Positions 1-13,175 of a DNA stretch of 64,000 bases are shown piece after piece. Source of the stretch: Octopus vulgaris (taxonomy: Eukaryota); assembly GCA_951406725.2 (NCBI GenBank), contig OX597830.1, positions 36,022,001-36,086,000 of the forward strand. Reading direction: 5' to 3'. A program made the translations under genes and the position numbers. Every line of letters begins with the position of its first letter. The first letter of the stretch is position 1. The notes below the pieces were generated by a model. That model saw only the letters and a program-made list of their open reading frames with translations. It searched no databases and was not told the origin of the DNA.

Positions 1-163
1 TATATATATATATATATATATATATGAGGATGTAAACATAAATGTACTCATACGCACATACGTAAATCTATACACTATATATATATACACACATATATAT
101 GTGTATTTATATGTGTATATATATGCGTGTAATGTTTGTAAATATATATATATACATGTATAT

Positions 164-234
<71 letters not shown>

Positions 235-1741
235 TGTATATATACAGACCTACTAAAACGAACACAGTCGCTTACACACACATTGTCGCCATTTGAAGCG
301 TTTATTTTGGTTCCGTACAGTTTTATCGGGACAACTGCCAAAACAACAACTACTGCTGCTGCTGCTGCTGCTGTTTTCTGCTACGACTACGACTACTACT
401 ATTACCACTACTACTCCACTAACGATGGCTTCTACTTCAATATCATCAAGTAGAACTACAACAACGTCAGACACCATTATTTCAGCAGTGTGTCTCTGTA
501 GCCACTCGACTTGATTTGCTATAAACCACAGTCAAATCATCCTCAAATCACACGTTTCCTTCTGAAGGAAAACAAAGGATTTTCACTGTATCATGTGGTG
601 CCTAATTCAAAAGGTCATGGCTGGATTGCCTTTCGTCACTGTATTCATAATTCTGACCAATCAAAGTTGACCTGAGGCTACGAATCAACGTTAACATCAA
701 CATCAACATCAACACCTGACTTTTACTAAAGCAATTATTTGCTACCACCACCACAACAACAACAATAATTCTTCTCCTCTTCCTCCTCCTCCTTCCCCTC
801 CTCCTTCCTTTTCTTCTTCTTCTTCCTTTTCTACTACTTCTACTACTTTATGTGCCACCCCTAATACCATTACTATTACTACTACTATTATCTACAATCT
901 GTAACAAATAGAGCGTCAACAACAATGGCCACTACGATTACTACAACTACTACAACAACTAACAATAATAATAATAATGATATTATAATGATGATGATAA
1001 TGATGACGATGATGATGATTATTATAATAACACTGTTAGGAGTAATACTTTTACTCCTATAGCAGTTACTACGTGTACTCCAACGAGCAGAACAGTTAGA
1101 GCTTTAATAAGAACTACAACAATAAAAATTTAAACAAAAAATAGTTGCAACAAAAAAAACACAAAGAAAAAATAGCAAAACCATCAAGAACAACAATCAC
1201 AACAACAAGCGCAACTACAAAACAAAATGGACGTCTCACAGCACAATAGAAATATTTATAACATTCAAAAATAATGATGTCTGGTCTTTAGTCCACAAAT
1301 CTGTTTCTACCGTTTTGCCAGTGAATGTATTTATAAAGGAAAGGGATGTATGTGTGTATGTAAGGGTTGTTTGTGTGTTTCCTTCTTTGTGCGTTTATAT
1401 TATGAGTGTAAGTGGTGGTGGTGGTGGTGTGTAAGGTGTAAGGTGAGGGGGGTGGAAATCTGAGAGAATAAAGAAATATGGAAAAATGTGGGGTGGGGAG
1501 GAAATATAAGATAAAATATCCAGATCAACTACCGAATATCCAATAACAAACAAAACAACAAAGCTAAATATTTGTGTGTGTGTGTGTTGAGCGTTAGTGT
1601 GTATTTATATATGTATAAAGATATATGTGCGTGTGTGAATGTATGTTACGTATGTCTATGTCTGTGTGGGTGCGTTTGTGTGTAAACATACACATTCATA
1701 CATATAATTATGTATATACATATATATATCTTTATACATAC

Positions 1742-1792
<51 letters not shown>

Positions 1793-1988
1793 TATATACG
1801 TATATACATGTATATATATATATACACACACATATATGTATATATATAAATATATGTATATATATATAAACATATACATGGGTTTGTGTATATATATGTA
1901 TGTATATATATAAACATGTATATGGGTTCATGTACATATATGTATGTAATTTCCTATGCGTCTAAGTGTATGTGTTTATGCGAAATCG

Positions 1989-2049
<61 letters not shown>

Positions 2050-2696
2050 ATATATATGGCTATATGAATATATATGTATATGTAGGTATGTATAAATATA
2101 TATCTATATATATATACTACATATGTATACGTATTTAAATATATATATATATATATATATACATATATACATATATATATATATGTAGATATGTAGATAT
2201 GAGTGTATGTGTGTATAAGAATCTACCCCCTCCCTCTAAAAAAATAACAGGAAGAAGAAGAAGAAGACAAATCCCAAACACCAATATGGTGACAGTATAT
2301 CCTCTTCTCATTTTCCGTAATAACAGAAAAGCCAACAGATCAGTACTGCTTGCTTTATTGGTATTTTTCTTCTTGTGCTTCGTCACTTCTTTATTGTGTT
2401 TGTATGTGTTTTTTTTTGGTTATGCTTCTTTTGTTGTTTCTTTTTATCTATTTGTACGCACTTATGTATTTATCATTTATACTCACCCTCACTTATTATG
2501 TTCTTGCTTTTTTTTTTAGTTGTTGTTGCTGTTGCGTTTGACTTTCTTTTTTTTATTTTTGTTCTTCTCACATATTTCTATAATGGCCGTCTCTCTCTGC
2601 CACTCTCTTTCTAACTCACTAGTGCTGTTCTAACTCACGAGACTCCCCCCACCACGTTTCCATGTATCTATTTCTATTTCTTTCATATTCTTCCTC

Positions 2697-2738
<42 letters not shown>

Positions 2739-3019
2739 CTCTATCCCTTTCTCTACCTTTGTCTGCTTCTCTTCTCGTTCTTTCTCGCTCATAATTTTTA
2801 TCTCTTCAAATATACGTTTTTCTCTCCGTCTATCGTTTCTCCCAGTTGCTTACAATCTAATTCTATATCTCTGTCTCTAATTATTATATGAAAACACACA
2901 CACACTCACAGACACACGTACACATACACACACACACAACATACATTCACACAGACATATATACACAAGTATATATATATATATGCATATATATATATGC
3001 ATATACATATATGTACATG

Positions 3020-3060
<41 letters not shown>

Positions 3061-3419
3061 CACACGCACACACATCTGTATATGTACATTATACATATGT
3101 AGACATATGTATGTATATGTGTGTATGCATATATTTCTATATATGTACATAAATGTGTGTATTTGTATGCATATTTATACATATACGGATGCATTAAATG
3201 CAAATGTGTGTATGTGTGTGTGTATGTGTGTGTGTGTGTGTGTGACTGTGAATGAGTTTACGCATATTTTTTTTATCTCTGAATGGTTTAATTTTCTTAG
3301 ATCAAGAAACTTAGAACCGTGATGACGTGTTGTAGTTGTTGTTGTTATTGTTGTTTTTATTGCTTTTATTGTCTTTGATGATGTCGTTGTCACCAATATC
3401 ATTATCATCATTATGATAA

Positions 3420-3658
3420 GGCGGCAAGCTGGCAGAATTGTTAGCATGCCGGGCGAAATGCTTAGCGGTATTTCGTCTGACTTCTGAATTCTGAGTTCAA
3501 ATTCCGCCGAGGTCGACTTTGCCTTATATCCTTTCGGATTCAATGAATTAAGTACCAGTCCACTGGGGTTGAAGAGTACCAAGCACTGGGGTCGATGTAA
3601 TCCACTAGGCCCCTTCCCCCTAAAATTTTCAATGCCTTGTATCTAGAGTAGAAAAAAA
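3420..3658 (+). mobile_element. tRNA-derived SINE, family A (Meta/MESC-like core)
   Basis: Head GGCGGCAAGCTGGCAGAA, B-box-like GAGTTCAAATTCC and core GTCGACTTTGCCTT..ATCCTTTCGG..AAGTACCAG, shared with many copies in the window. The core name is from recall. Confidence 0.85.
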
Positions 3659-3666
3659 TTTTCGTG

Positions 3667-3853
3667 AATGACGATAGCCTAGGGTTGAATATAGGCATCG
3701 ACGAGAATAGTCTGAGTAGTTTCTTCCAGAGGACCTTCGGGTCGAAGATCATGAACAATTTCCAAAAGTCTTTTGCTTAGCAGTGCTACAGAGAGACATT
3801 GCCCGTTTGAGACAAGCTCTTCAGTCATGGAAGTGCCAACAGCCGAACCTGTC
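3667..3853 (+). pseudogene. Decayed Tx1-type LINE ORF2 fragment (diverged relative of the element at 18009-19810)
   Basis: Manual translation NDDSLGLNIGIDENSLSSFFQRTFGSKIMNNFQKSFA*QCYRETLPV*DKLFSHGSANSRTC aligns with [63 protein letters not shown]. Two in-frame stops. Confidence 0.85.
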
Positions 3854-4079
3854 ATCTGCTGGTATTGATACATCAATTAAAAAGCATGGTCTCTGACAAC
3901 TATATCTGGCCTATTGGTCTTAATTTCTCTGTGTGCATTTGCATATCTCATAGTATGGTTGTTTTCTCATTTTCTGTGACTTTTTCTGGCGTGTTCTTAA
4001 GCCATCTTTTTCTGTTGACACTCCATAGTGTTGTCATATCTTCCAATGTATATAGGTCCCAACTCTGTCGTGTCTGTGA

Positions 4080-4080
<1 letters not shown>
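3851..4080 (-). pseudogene. Decayed R4/Dong-type RLE endonuclease fragment
   Basis: With frameshifts, the minus strand reads HRHDRVGTYIHWKI*QHYGV..PEKVTENEKTTIL*DM..REIKTNRPDIVVRD..CFLIDVSIPADD (RHD and PD-D motifs). The 5' end abuts (TAA)n. Confidence 0.8.
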
Positions 4081-4148
<68 letters not shown>

Positions 4149-4664
4149 GTGAGAGAGCAGTGCATGTCATCGAAGTGACACTGAGGTAAAATATACGAAG
4201 CCCAGTATACCCATCATAACTACCCGTCTGATAAGGGCACACCAGGCACATGCATCACATCCATATCTGCGCTACATGGTGATCTCCTATCAAGAAAAAC
4301 AGCGCATGACCTTGCAGGTGGGGCCCAGTTAGAATTTTCTTCTGGTTGAGTAACCCATCATGCTCAAAAGGTCCCTGAATAAAGATTGTTTAAGGATGCT
4401 GAGCGAACCACTCCTGTTCCCAAAAGTGAATTATCCAAACCTCTAAGAATTTCTTTCAACACACGACTATGATGCTCCCCCACTATTTCTGCTTGTGATC
4501 AGAGATGCACATATCGTCAGCCACTAAGGGACATGCTCAACTGGTTAAGGTCAAACAACTGACAAGCAAATCTGTGGTATTGAGCAGAATATTTGGTGTA
4601 GCCCATCTTTTATACCGAGACAAAACAATGTATATAACACTTTCAATAAGTTAAGATCAGGAGC

Positions 4665-4665
<1 letters not shown>
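4149..4665 (-). mobile_element. Non-coding ~517-bp element inserted in (TAA)n
   Basis: Unique sequence with (ATT)n arrays on both sides. Its terminal ~50 bp recur at 4741-4798. No ORF. Strand inferred from the truncation pattern. Confidence 0.7.
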
Positions 4666-4730
<65 letters not shown>

Positions 4731-4740
4731 CATTATTATT

Positions 4741-4798
4741 GAGTGAGAGAGCAGTGCATGCCATCGAAGTGACACTGGGGTAAAATATACGAAGCCCA
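4741..4798 (-). mobile_element. Extremely 5'-truncated copy of the 4149-4665 element
   Basis: GTGAGAGAGCAGTGCATG.CATCGAAGTGACACTG.GGTAAAATATACGAAGCCCA matches 4149-4204 and is flanked by (ATT)n on both sides. Confidence 0.75.
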
Positions 4799-4799
4799 A

Positions 4800-4830
<31 letters not shown>

Positions 4831-4865
4831 ATAATTATTATTATTATCATCATCATCAACATCAT

Positions 4866-4934
<69 letters not shown>

Positions 4935-5162
4935 TATTATTATCATCATCATCACCGTCGTCGTTGTCGTCGTGACCACGCTTATGACTATAATGAACAT
5001 GACCATAATGAACAACGACATCGTTGTCATCGTCCTCATCATCATCAACATCGTTGTCATCATCATTGCCATCATCATCATTATCATTATCATCACCACC
5101 AGCAACCACCACCACTACCATGATCATTATTATCATCTCATCGGTGTTATCATCATCGTCGC
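4799..5162. repeat. (ATT)n/(ATC)n triplet microsatellite tract
   Basis: Direct inspection. Confidence 0.95.
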
Positions 5163-5644
5163 CGACCTCGTTACATTCATTACGAATACACCTCATCAAC
5201 ATTGTGGTCCCAGTGTGGTAACCACGGCAAAAATATTAATAATAAAAAATAATAATAATAATAACATTATAACTGCTAATTTCTCTCCCTTGGTCACATC
5301 ACCTTTGTCTAACTTGTCAAAACCATCAGTTTTTGAATACAAATGTCATGGGGGACAAAAAATTAATATAATCCATCTACAATGCAAATATACGTTAATG
5401 AAAATATTCACAAACAGAATCGTGCTTGAAAGGAGACAAAAAAATTGCAATCACGCGTAATACTTGGTTTGGTAAAGAAGTTGATGAAATACACAAACGA
5501 CATCGTTGTCATCGTCCTCGTCATCATCAACATCGTTGTCATCATCATTGCCATCATCATCATTATCCTTATCATCACCACCAACAACCACCACCACTAC
5601 CATGATCATTATTATCATCTCATCGGTGTTATCATCATCGTCGC
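5014..5644 (+). repeat. 149-bp direct duplication (5014-5162 and 5496-5644)
   Basis: The same degenerate triplet sequence AACGACATCGTTGTC...CATCATCGTCGC occurs twice with about 3 mismatches. Confidence 0.9.
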
Positions 5645-5744
5645 ACGAAGCTCCGGCAGGGTGTGGCGGCGACCAACTTTCTTCTTGTTTCTGTTGTACC
5701 TGTGTTTCGTAGGGCCAGCCTTGTAACGCTGAATAATTGAGAAC

Positions 5745-5812
<68 letters not shown>

Positions 5813-5862
5813 TTATAACTGGATCCACTGGAACTCTCGTTGTCTTAACCAACAGGAGTGCC
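5644..5862 (+). mobile_element. Internally deleted SINE family B fragments interrupted by (AAT)n
   Basis: CACGAAGCTCCGGCAGGG..TGTTTCTGTTGTACCTG..GAGAACTA and GGATCCACTGGAACTCTCG..GGAGTGC match the body and tail of 21984-22375. Confidence 0.7.
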
Positions 5863-5865
5863 ACG

Positions 5866-5930
<65 letters not shown>

Positions 5931-5934
<4 letters not shown>

Positions 5935-6162
5935 CGTGATCACCGTGACCGACCAAGCTATCAGATGTTGATACACATCGCTGGTCACAATGCACTTCGC
6001 ATTGTTTTAGCCTTCAAATGACGCCACCCCGCTGGCTAAGCGAGCAGGCCAACAGAAGAAAGTGTGAGAGAAAGTTGTGGCGAAAGAGTACACCAGGGAT
6101 CGCCACCACCTCCTACAAGAGCCTCTTGGAGCTTTAGGTATTTTTGTTCAATAAACATTCAC
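5931..6162 (-). mobile_element. SINE family B core with an alternative tail, head missing
   Basis: Reverse complement GTGAATGTTTATTGAACAAAAATACCTAAAGCTCC..GATCCCTG.TGTACTCTTTC..AACTTTCTCTCAC matches 22062-22160, then diverges. Confidence 0.75.
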
Positions 6163-6505
6163 ATATACATACATACATACATACATACATACATACAAAC
6201 ATACATACATACATAAATACATACATAAATATATACATACATACATGCATACATACATAAATTAATGAATAACTAAGAAAAATTGTAGAAGAAAAGAGAA
6301 AATTTCAGAGGCAACATTCAGTATTGATCGAAGGCAATTAATCAAGGGAGGAATAAAATAATAAAAATGATAAGTAGTAATATAAGCAATGAGCCGTTAA
6401 AGAGCATTAAATTTAACGCAATTAATTGGAAGATTAAGGATGTAATGAGACAAGAATCAATAAGAAAACGTATCATTTGTTAGATTGCATAATTAATCCA
6501 AAAGC

Positions 6506-7020
6506 AAGATGACGATCTGGCAGAATCATTACCGCGCTGGAAAAAATGCATAACAACATTTCTTGCGGATCTTTACGTTTTGAGTTCAAATTCCGCTGAG
6601 GTCCACTTTGCCGTTTCATCCGTTTTTTGGGGTTGATAAAAATAATTACAAGTTGAGAACTGCGAGTGATGTAAACGACTCCCCCTCCCTTCAAAATCTG
6701 CCGGCCTTGTGCCAAAATTTGAAACCATGATTATATACGGTGGTGAACTGGCAGAATCGTTAATACGCCGGACAAAATAATTAGCGGTATTTCGTACGTT
6801 TTTACGTTCTAAGTTCAAATTCCGATGAGGTCGACCAATGCTGAGCAAAATCTCTTCCAGCTTTTAAGTTCTGTGTTGAAATGCCGTCGAGGATGACTTT
6901 TCTTTTCATCTTTTTGGGGTCAATCAAGTAAGTACCAGTCACGTACTGGAGTCGATATAGCCGACCAGTAGCCTTTCCCTTAAAACTTCTTTTCTTGAGC
7001 CTTTAGTAGAAAAGATAATT
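6506..7020 (+). mobile_element. Tandem degraded SINE family A copies (about 3)
   Basis: Repeated TGGCAGAATC, GTTCAAATTCC and TTTCATC..GGGGT..AAGTACCAG motifs. Confidence 0.75.
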
Positions 7021-7667
7021 ATTCCAAAAGCCAAGTGGTAGGATGGCGGAATCATTCGAGTTCGAATCAACTGTTTTCCTTTAATTGTCTTCGTTTTTAC
7101 ATTCGGGGATCAAATTGCACCAGGGCTAACTTTGCCTCATATCGTTTTTATCCTTTCAGGCGCGATAAAATAATATACCATTTACGTTAATAATCCGAGT
7201 GTCGATCAACTCGCTTTCTTACGCCTAAATTTGAACACAGACAGCAGATTATGAGATTGGTATTAATAGTTGATCATAGATGAAGCCAAACTATGATCAA
7301 AAGCGTTCCATGCATAACCATCTCGTTTTATTTAGTCACGGTAGATATAGAACTATATATGTCACAGAGAGAAGAGTCAGTGTGCCTGTAAATCAGAGAC
7401 TGTGTAGAATGATTTTAGACCAAGTTGCGATGAGGGATGTCTGTGGGTGCAACACCAACAGTGTCTCAATTATGAGAGCAACACGCATTTGCGGATTTAA
7501 GTATCTAGAATATCAATAACTCTTGAAAGGTAACGTATCTGAAGAGAAGGGCTAGCCATTGAGATTGCTTTTTGAATTATGCCGTGGGTGTGATTCCCAG
7601 TGACGGTAAGACATAACATTCAGAATAACCGTAAATGCTTTAGATAAGTGCTGTTCATTCTTAAAAA

Positions 7668-8097
7668 TGGCGGCGAACAAACAGAACCGTTATGACGCTA
7701 GGGAAAATGCCTAGAGACATTTCTTCAGACCTTACTACCGAGTCCAAATGCTGTGGGGGTCGACACTGCCTTTCATCCTTCTGAGTTTGATAAAATAGGT
7801 ACCAGAGGAGCACTGAGGTCTATGAAATCGATTTATTCCTCCCATCATACTGCTGGCCTTGTGCCAAAAGTTTCAAATCATTATTAATAGCTGGCAGAAC
7901 CGTTACCGCGTTTTACGAAATCTAACACGAAATCTTTCGTCCATCTTTATATTCTGAGTTCAAATTCCAACAAGATCGACTTTGCCTTTCATCCTTTCGT
8001 TATCGATAAAGTAAGCACCAGTTTAGTACTGGAGCCCTCTTTATCGACTGACCCTCTTACCCACAAATTTCAGGCCTTGTGACTAGGCTAGAAAGGA
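7668..8097 (+). mobile_element. Two tandem SINE family A copies
   Basis: Two head, core and tail units (7668-7880 and 7890-8097). Confidence 0.75.
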
Positions 8098-9055
8098 GTA
8101 TTAAGATTGTGGTAAATATATACATTCAGACACACGTCCATCCATACATTCATACTTATATATATATATATATATATATATAACTATCTATATATATATA
8201 TATGTGTGTGTGTATGTATATATATATAACTATCTATATATCTATATATACATGTATATTGCTTGCTGATTTCTTCCTGTTGAAAAAGGAATAAGTTGGC
8301 ATATCTCCACAGGTGGACGCATTCTAAATTTTTGTACATGAAGCCAGTGTGGGTTGGGGTATGTTGTCAAGATTGCTACTCAATAATGCATATAGATTTG
8401 TTTAGAAAGCGGGAAAGCAATACAGGCGGAGGGAGGAGAGAGAGAAAGAGAAAAAGAGATTGTCGATAAGACTGCAAACAAAAGCTTAAAATGTCGATGT
8501 TTAGTAGTACACTTCCATCAGAGTACATCGAACTTAACACATATCTTCATACTAATTATGACCCAGCCAAAAGAGAATAGGCCACGCCCACGACTGTTTA
8601 CAGAGTCTCTGAGGCTGGTGAAAGGAAGGGTATAATTTATTATCCCTAGACAGAAATCTGCTACCTGCGGAATCAAGACAGTACATACTTCGCTGAATAT
8701 ATTGCGCATAATGTTGTTTATGTCGACCACCCATGAACAGAGATGGCCTCCCCGTTGGACTGTGACACAGTTTCAGTTTACTAGAGTACGGTTACAAAAG
8801 TTTAGGCTACTTAAGACAAAGGTAAGAGAAAAATTGCCCGACGTGCCACGCAGTGAGTTTGAGCATCAAATCACATAATTGGGAAGTGAGTGTTTTAACT
8901 GAACTTCCAAGCTCTAATATAATCCAGCATCTCGTTCTGTAAAAGTAACTCAAACTGGTACAGTTTTATTAATGTCAGGATCAGAAGTATTGTGTAATTG
9001 ATTAGAGAATATTGGCTTCTATTCAGTTACTTAAACAAAATGATAATTTAATAAT

Positions 9056-9252
9056 ATATTTCGTTGTGTCTGGGGCGAGTCATTCTCTTTTAGAGCTTTA
9101 TTAAACACAATCACCGATAAAGTTTCCACTCATTTACTTATTTATTTTTCCTAAAACTTTCGTTGCGTCTTGTAACCTTTTCGATTGTCGTTGAGTGTGT
9201 TAAAGAATAAGGCACTAAAAGGGAATGACTCTCCCCAGACACAACAAAATAT
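9056..9252. mobile_element. MITE-like element with ~50-bp terminal inverted repeats
   Basis: Left arm ATATTTCGTTGTGTCTGGGGCGAGTCATTCTCTTTTAGAGCTTTATT is reverse-complementary to right arm AATAAGGCACTAAAAGGGAATGACTCTCCCCAGACACAACAAAATAT. Confidence 0.75.
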
Positions 9253-9377
9253 GCTTCAACACACATAAACAATCTTGCAAACCAAATCCCAAAACGAAAC
9301 TTGATAATGTATAATTACTGTAAAGTGTTCAGCTTTGTTCAACAGACGTACACACAAATATGTAGAAGCATGCATTG

Positions 9378-9387
9378 ATAGATTGAC

Positions 9388-9457
<70 letters not shown>

Positions 9458-9458
9458 G

Positions 9459-9515
<57 letters not shown>

Positions 9516-9570
9516 TGGTAGGTAGGTAGGTAGGTAGGTAGGTAGGTAGGTAGAGAGAGAGAGAGAGAGA
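9378..9570. repeat. (GATA)n-(GGTA)n-(GA)n compound microsatellite
   Basis: Direct inspection. Confidence 0.95.
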
Positions 9571-9575
9571 AAGGG

Positions 9576-9911
9576 AGAATAACTGTAAATGCCCTAGATA
9601 AGTGCTGCTCATTCTTAAAAATGGTGGCGAACTCTCAGAATCGATTTCATACCGAGAGAAATGCCTAGAGACATTTCTTCAGACTTTACGTACTGAGTCC
9701 AAATGCTGTCGGAGTCAACACTGCCTCTCATCCTTCTGAGTTTGATAAAATAGGCACCAGATGAGCACTGAGGTCTATGAAATCGATTTATTCCTCCCAT
9801 CATATTGCTGGCCTTGTGCCGAAAGTTTGAAATTATTATTAAAGGGTGGCAGAATCGTTACGGCATTTCACGAAATCTTTAGCGGTGTTTCGTCCATCTT
9901 TATATTTTGAG
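9576..9911 (+). repeat. Local duplicate of 7622-7958 (flank plus SINE A pair)
   Basis: Shares the non-SINE flank TAGATAAGTGCTG.TCATTCTTAAAAATGG and private SINE mutations such as CTGAGGTCTATGAAATCGATTTATTCCTCCCATCATA. Confidence 0.85.
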
Positions 9912-10259
9912 AGAGAAAGAGAGAGGGAAACAGACAGACAAACAGATAGACAGAGAAAACTACGCATCTATTTCCCAGGTTACGCCTATATCCATTTGTG
10001 AGGAAAAGGAAAGCATGCAGACTCATATATAAATGTACTAATATACACACACCCAGATATAAATAATTGTGAACAACTTTGTTGTACTAAATACGCACAA
10101 ACATTTATATATACACATGGACATATATATATATACACTTAATGATTCAATCTCACCCGAGAATTAAACATATATACAAACGATACGTGTTTATGTGTGT
10201 ATATGTATAAACTTTTTCACAAACACACACACACACACATACACACACACACACACACA

Positions 10260-10303
<44 letters not shown>

Positions 10304-10345
10304 TAAGGGTAGAAATTGATATTTATCAATTAAGACCAGTGGTCT

Positions 10346-10412
<67 letters not shown>

Positions 10413-10693
10413 GTACTCTATTTTTTCGTTGTTTTAAAAAAAATGTCCATTTCCTTGGTTTTGTGTTTATGTTTTCGTTTCTCATTGTGTTCGACGATTT
10501 TTTTTTGGGTGTCCTGTACCCATATATGCATGTATATATACATGTAGAGGTAGGTACGTACATATATGTATGTATATATGCATATGTTTTATTTATTTAT
10601 TAATTTATTATATGACAGAACGCACGCATCCATTTCTAAGTAAGATTGGTCTTAATATATATATATATGTATATTGCATATACCCACACACAC

Positions 10694-11286
<593 letters not shown>

Positions 11287-12627
11287 GTATTAATAAATGT
11301 GTGTATGTGCTAGTAAATTCACCGATATCCAAGCTGCATGAATCCCGTTTTCTAGCGGCGATTATGATCAATTCATTCTTAATGCAGACATGTTGATGTT
11401 GATGTTGATGTGTTTATGCAATGATCATTATTGTTGATATTGTTGATGGTGACTCTAAGGAATGGTAACTGGCAGATATGGAAAAAAAAAAGTTTATATA
11501 TTTGACAATATAAGATTAGGTTTGTTGATGATGTTAGTATTAATGTTTGTAGGGTTTATATCATTTGTCGCGATTGTAGTGATCGCATATGAAGGACAGT
11601 TGTGGATAGTTGTGAATGCTGATAAAATAAGCTATTCTTAGTAGTAGTAACAGGTGATAACAATGGTGTTGGTATTGCTTGAACAGTTGGGGTTGGTTGT
11701 GCTAATGCTGGAAGTATCTTTATTGTTGTTGTTCTTATTATTGTTACGGTGATATCGGTGGTAGTTCTAGTATATTATATAAAGGGTGGTGGTTGTGCCT
11801 GTAGTACTTTATCATTTGTTAAGGAAGGTGGGATGATAGACCTGGTGGTAATAATAATGGTTGCTGACGTGTTGCTGTTGTTGTTGGTAGTGAGTAACAG
11901 TGGTTATAGTGATGGTTGTGATATGTACAGTGATGCGTTTAGTTATAACGATTGCAACCGGTGATAATGGAGTACGTAATGAAGCTGGTACTAAACTCGA
12001 TTTAAGGTATTAAGATTGATAGCTAGGAATTTGAAGTGTATAAGGTTATTATTGATGTTGTTTTTGCTATAGTATTATAGTCGGTATTGGTTGCGGAGAT
12101 AGTAATTGTCGTAACAGTAGTATTAGGAGCAGCGGCATCAGATGTAATTCATAGATATAGTGAAGGATAACTTATTTGGTGAGAAAAGTGTATAGATAAT
12201 GGCTGGTTTTTGGTGGTGATAGTAATAGTAGTAGCTGTGGATAAATTATCTTGGTGATGGTAATGGTGGTGGTAGTAGAGGTGGTGGTGACGGTGGTTGC
12301 TAGGGGCCTGTGTCAGTGGTTTGTGGATGAGGGTTAAAATATGCTAGGTAGAGAAGAGAAAAGAGCGAAGGGAGAAATATAGGCATTTATTAGCATTTAA
12401 CACAGAGAAATCAATTAGACATGGCTGCCAACGCGAATATGGTATTCCATATTCACGTTGGCAAAAACGAATTTCTTTACAACCATAGATTTTGGTGTGT
12501 GTATATATATATATGTGTGTGTGTGTGTATGTGTGTATATGTATATATACTAACACACATTTATAAACACATATATAGGGAATACCCACACACATATATA
12601 TATATGTATGTATGTATAAACATGTGC

Positions 12628-12667
<40 letters not shown>

Positions 12668-13126
12668 TTTCTCCATATTCTTTTTGTTCTAGTGTTGCTT
12701 GTGTGTGTTTTGTTTTGTTGTTTTGTTGTTTTCATTCCTTCACCAGATTTTTTTTGTTTAATATTCATAAACGAAAACTTAGATGTCTGAGGAACAGAAA
12801 GAAAAGTGCAAAATAGAAAAAAAAAAATGGTAAAAAAAAAAGAGAGAAAATGAAAAAAAAAATTAGTGATGTACTTCTTTCTTTCAAAGAACGAAATATA
12901 AAATTCTCTTATTATTATTCTAACCATCTTCCATGGGAAAGAAATACGGCACATTAATTCCAAATTCCTTTTCTTATAACCTCAAATCTATTCGATGGCA
13001 TTTATTTTTTTTTTCAGCGGTGGAGGGCTGGGATTTCATTTGTGTTGTTGTTGTTATTGCAGTTGTTGTTTCTAATGTAGGGGTGTGATTTGGTATTGAT
13101 TTTGTTTCGCTTCGTGTGTGTGTGTG

Positions 13127-13175
<49 letters not shown>

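Noticed and set aside
500-714. Degraded repeat resembling 17447-17735 and 53025-53115
   Set aside because: Similarity is too patchy by eye to fix boundaries or family.
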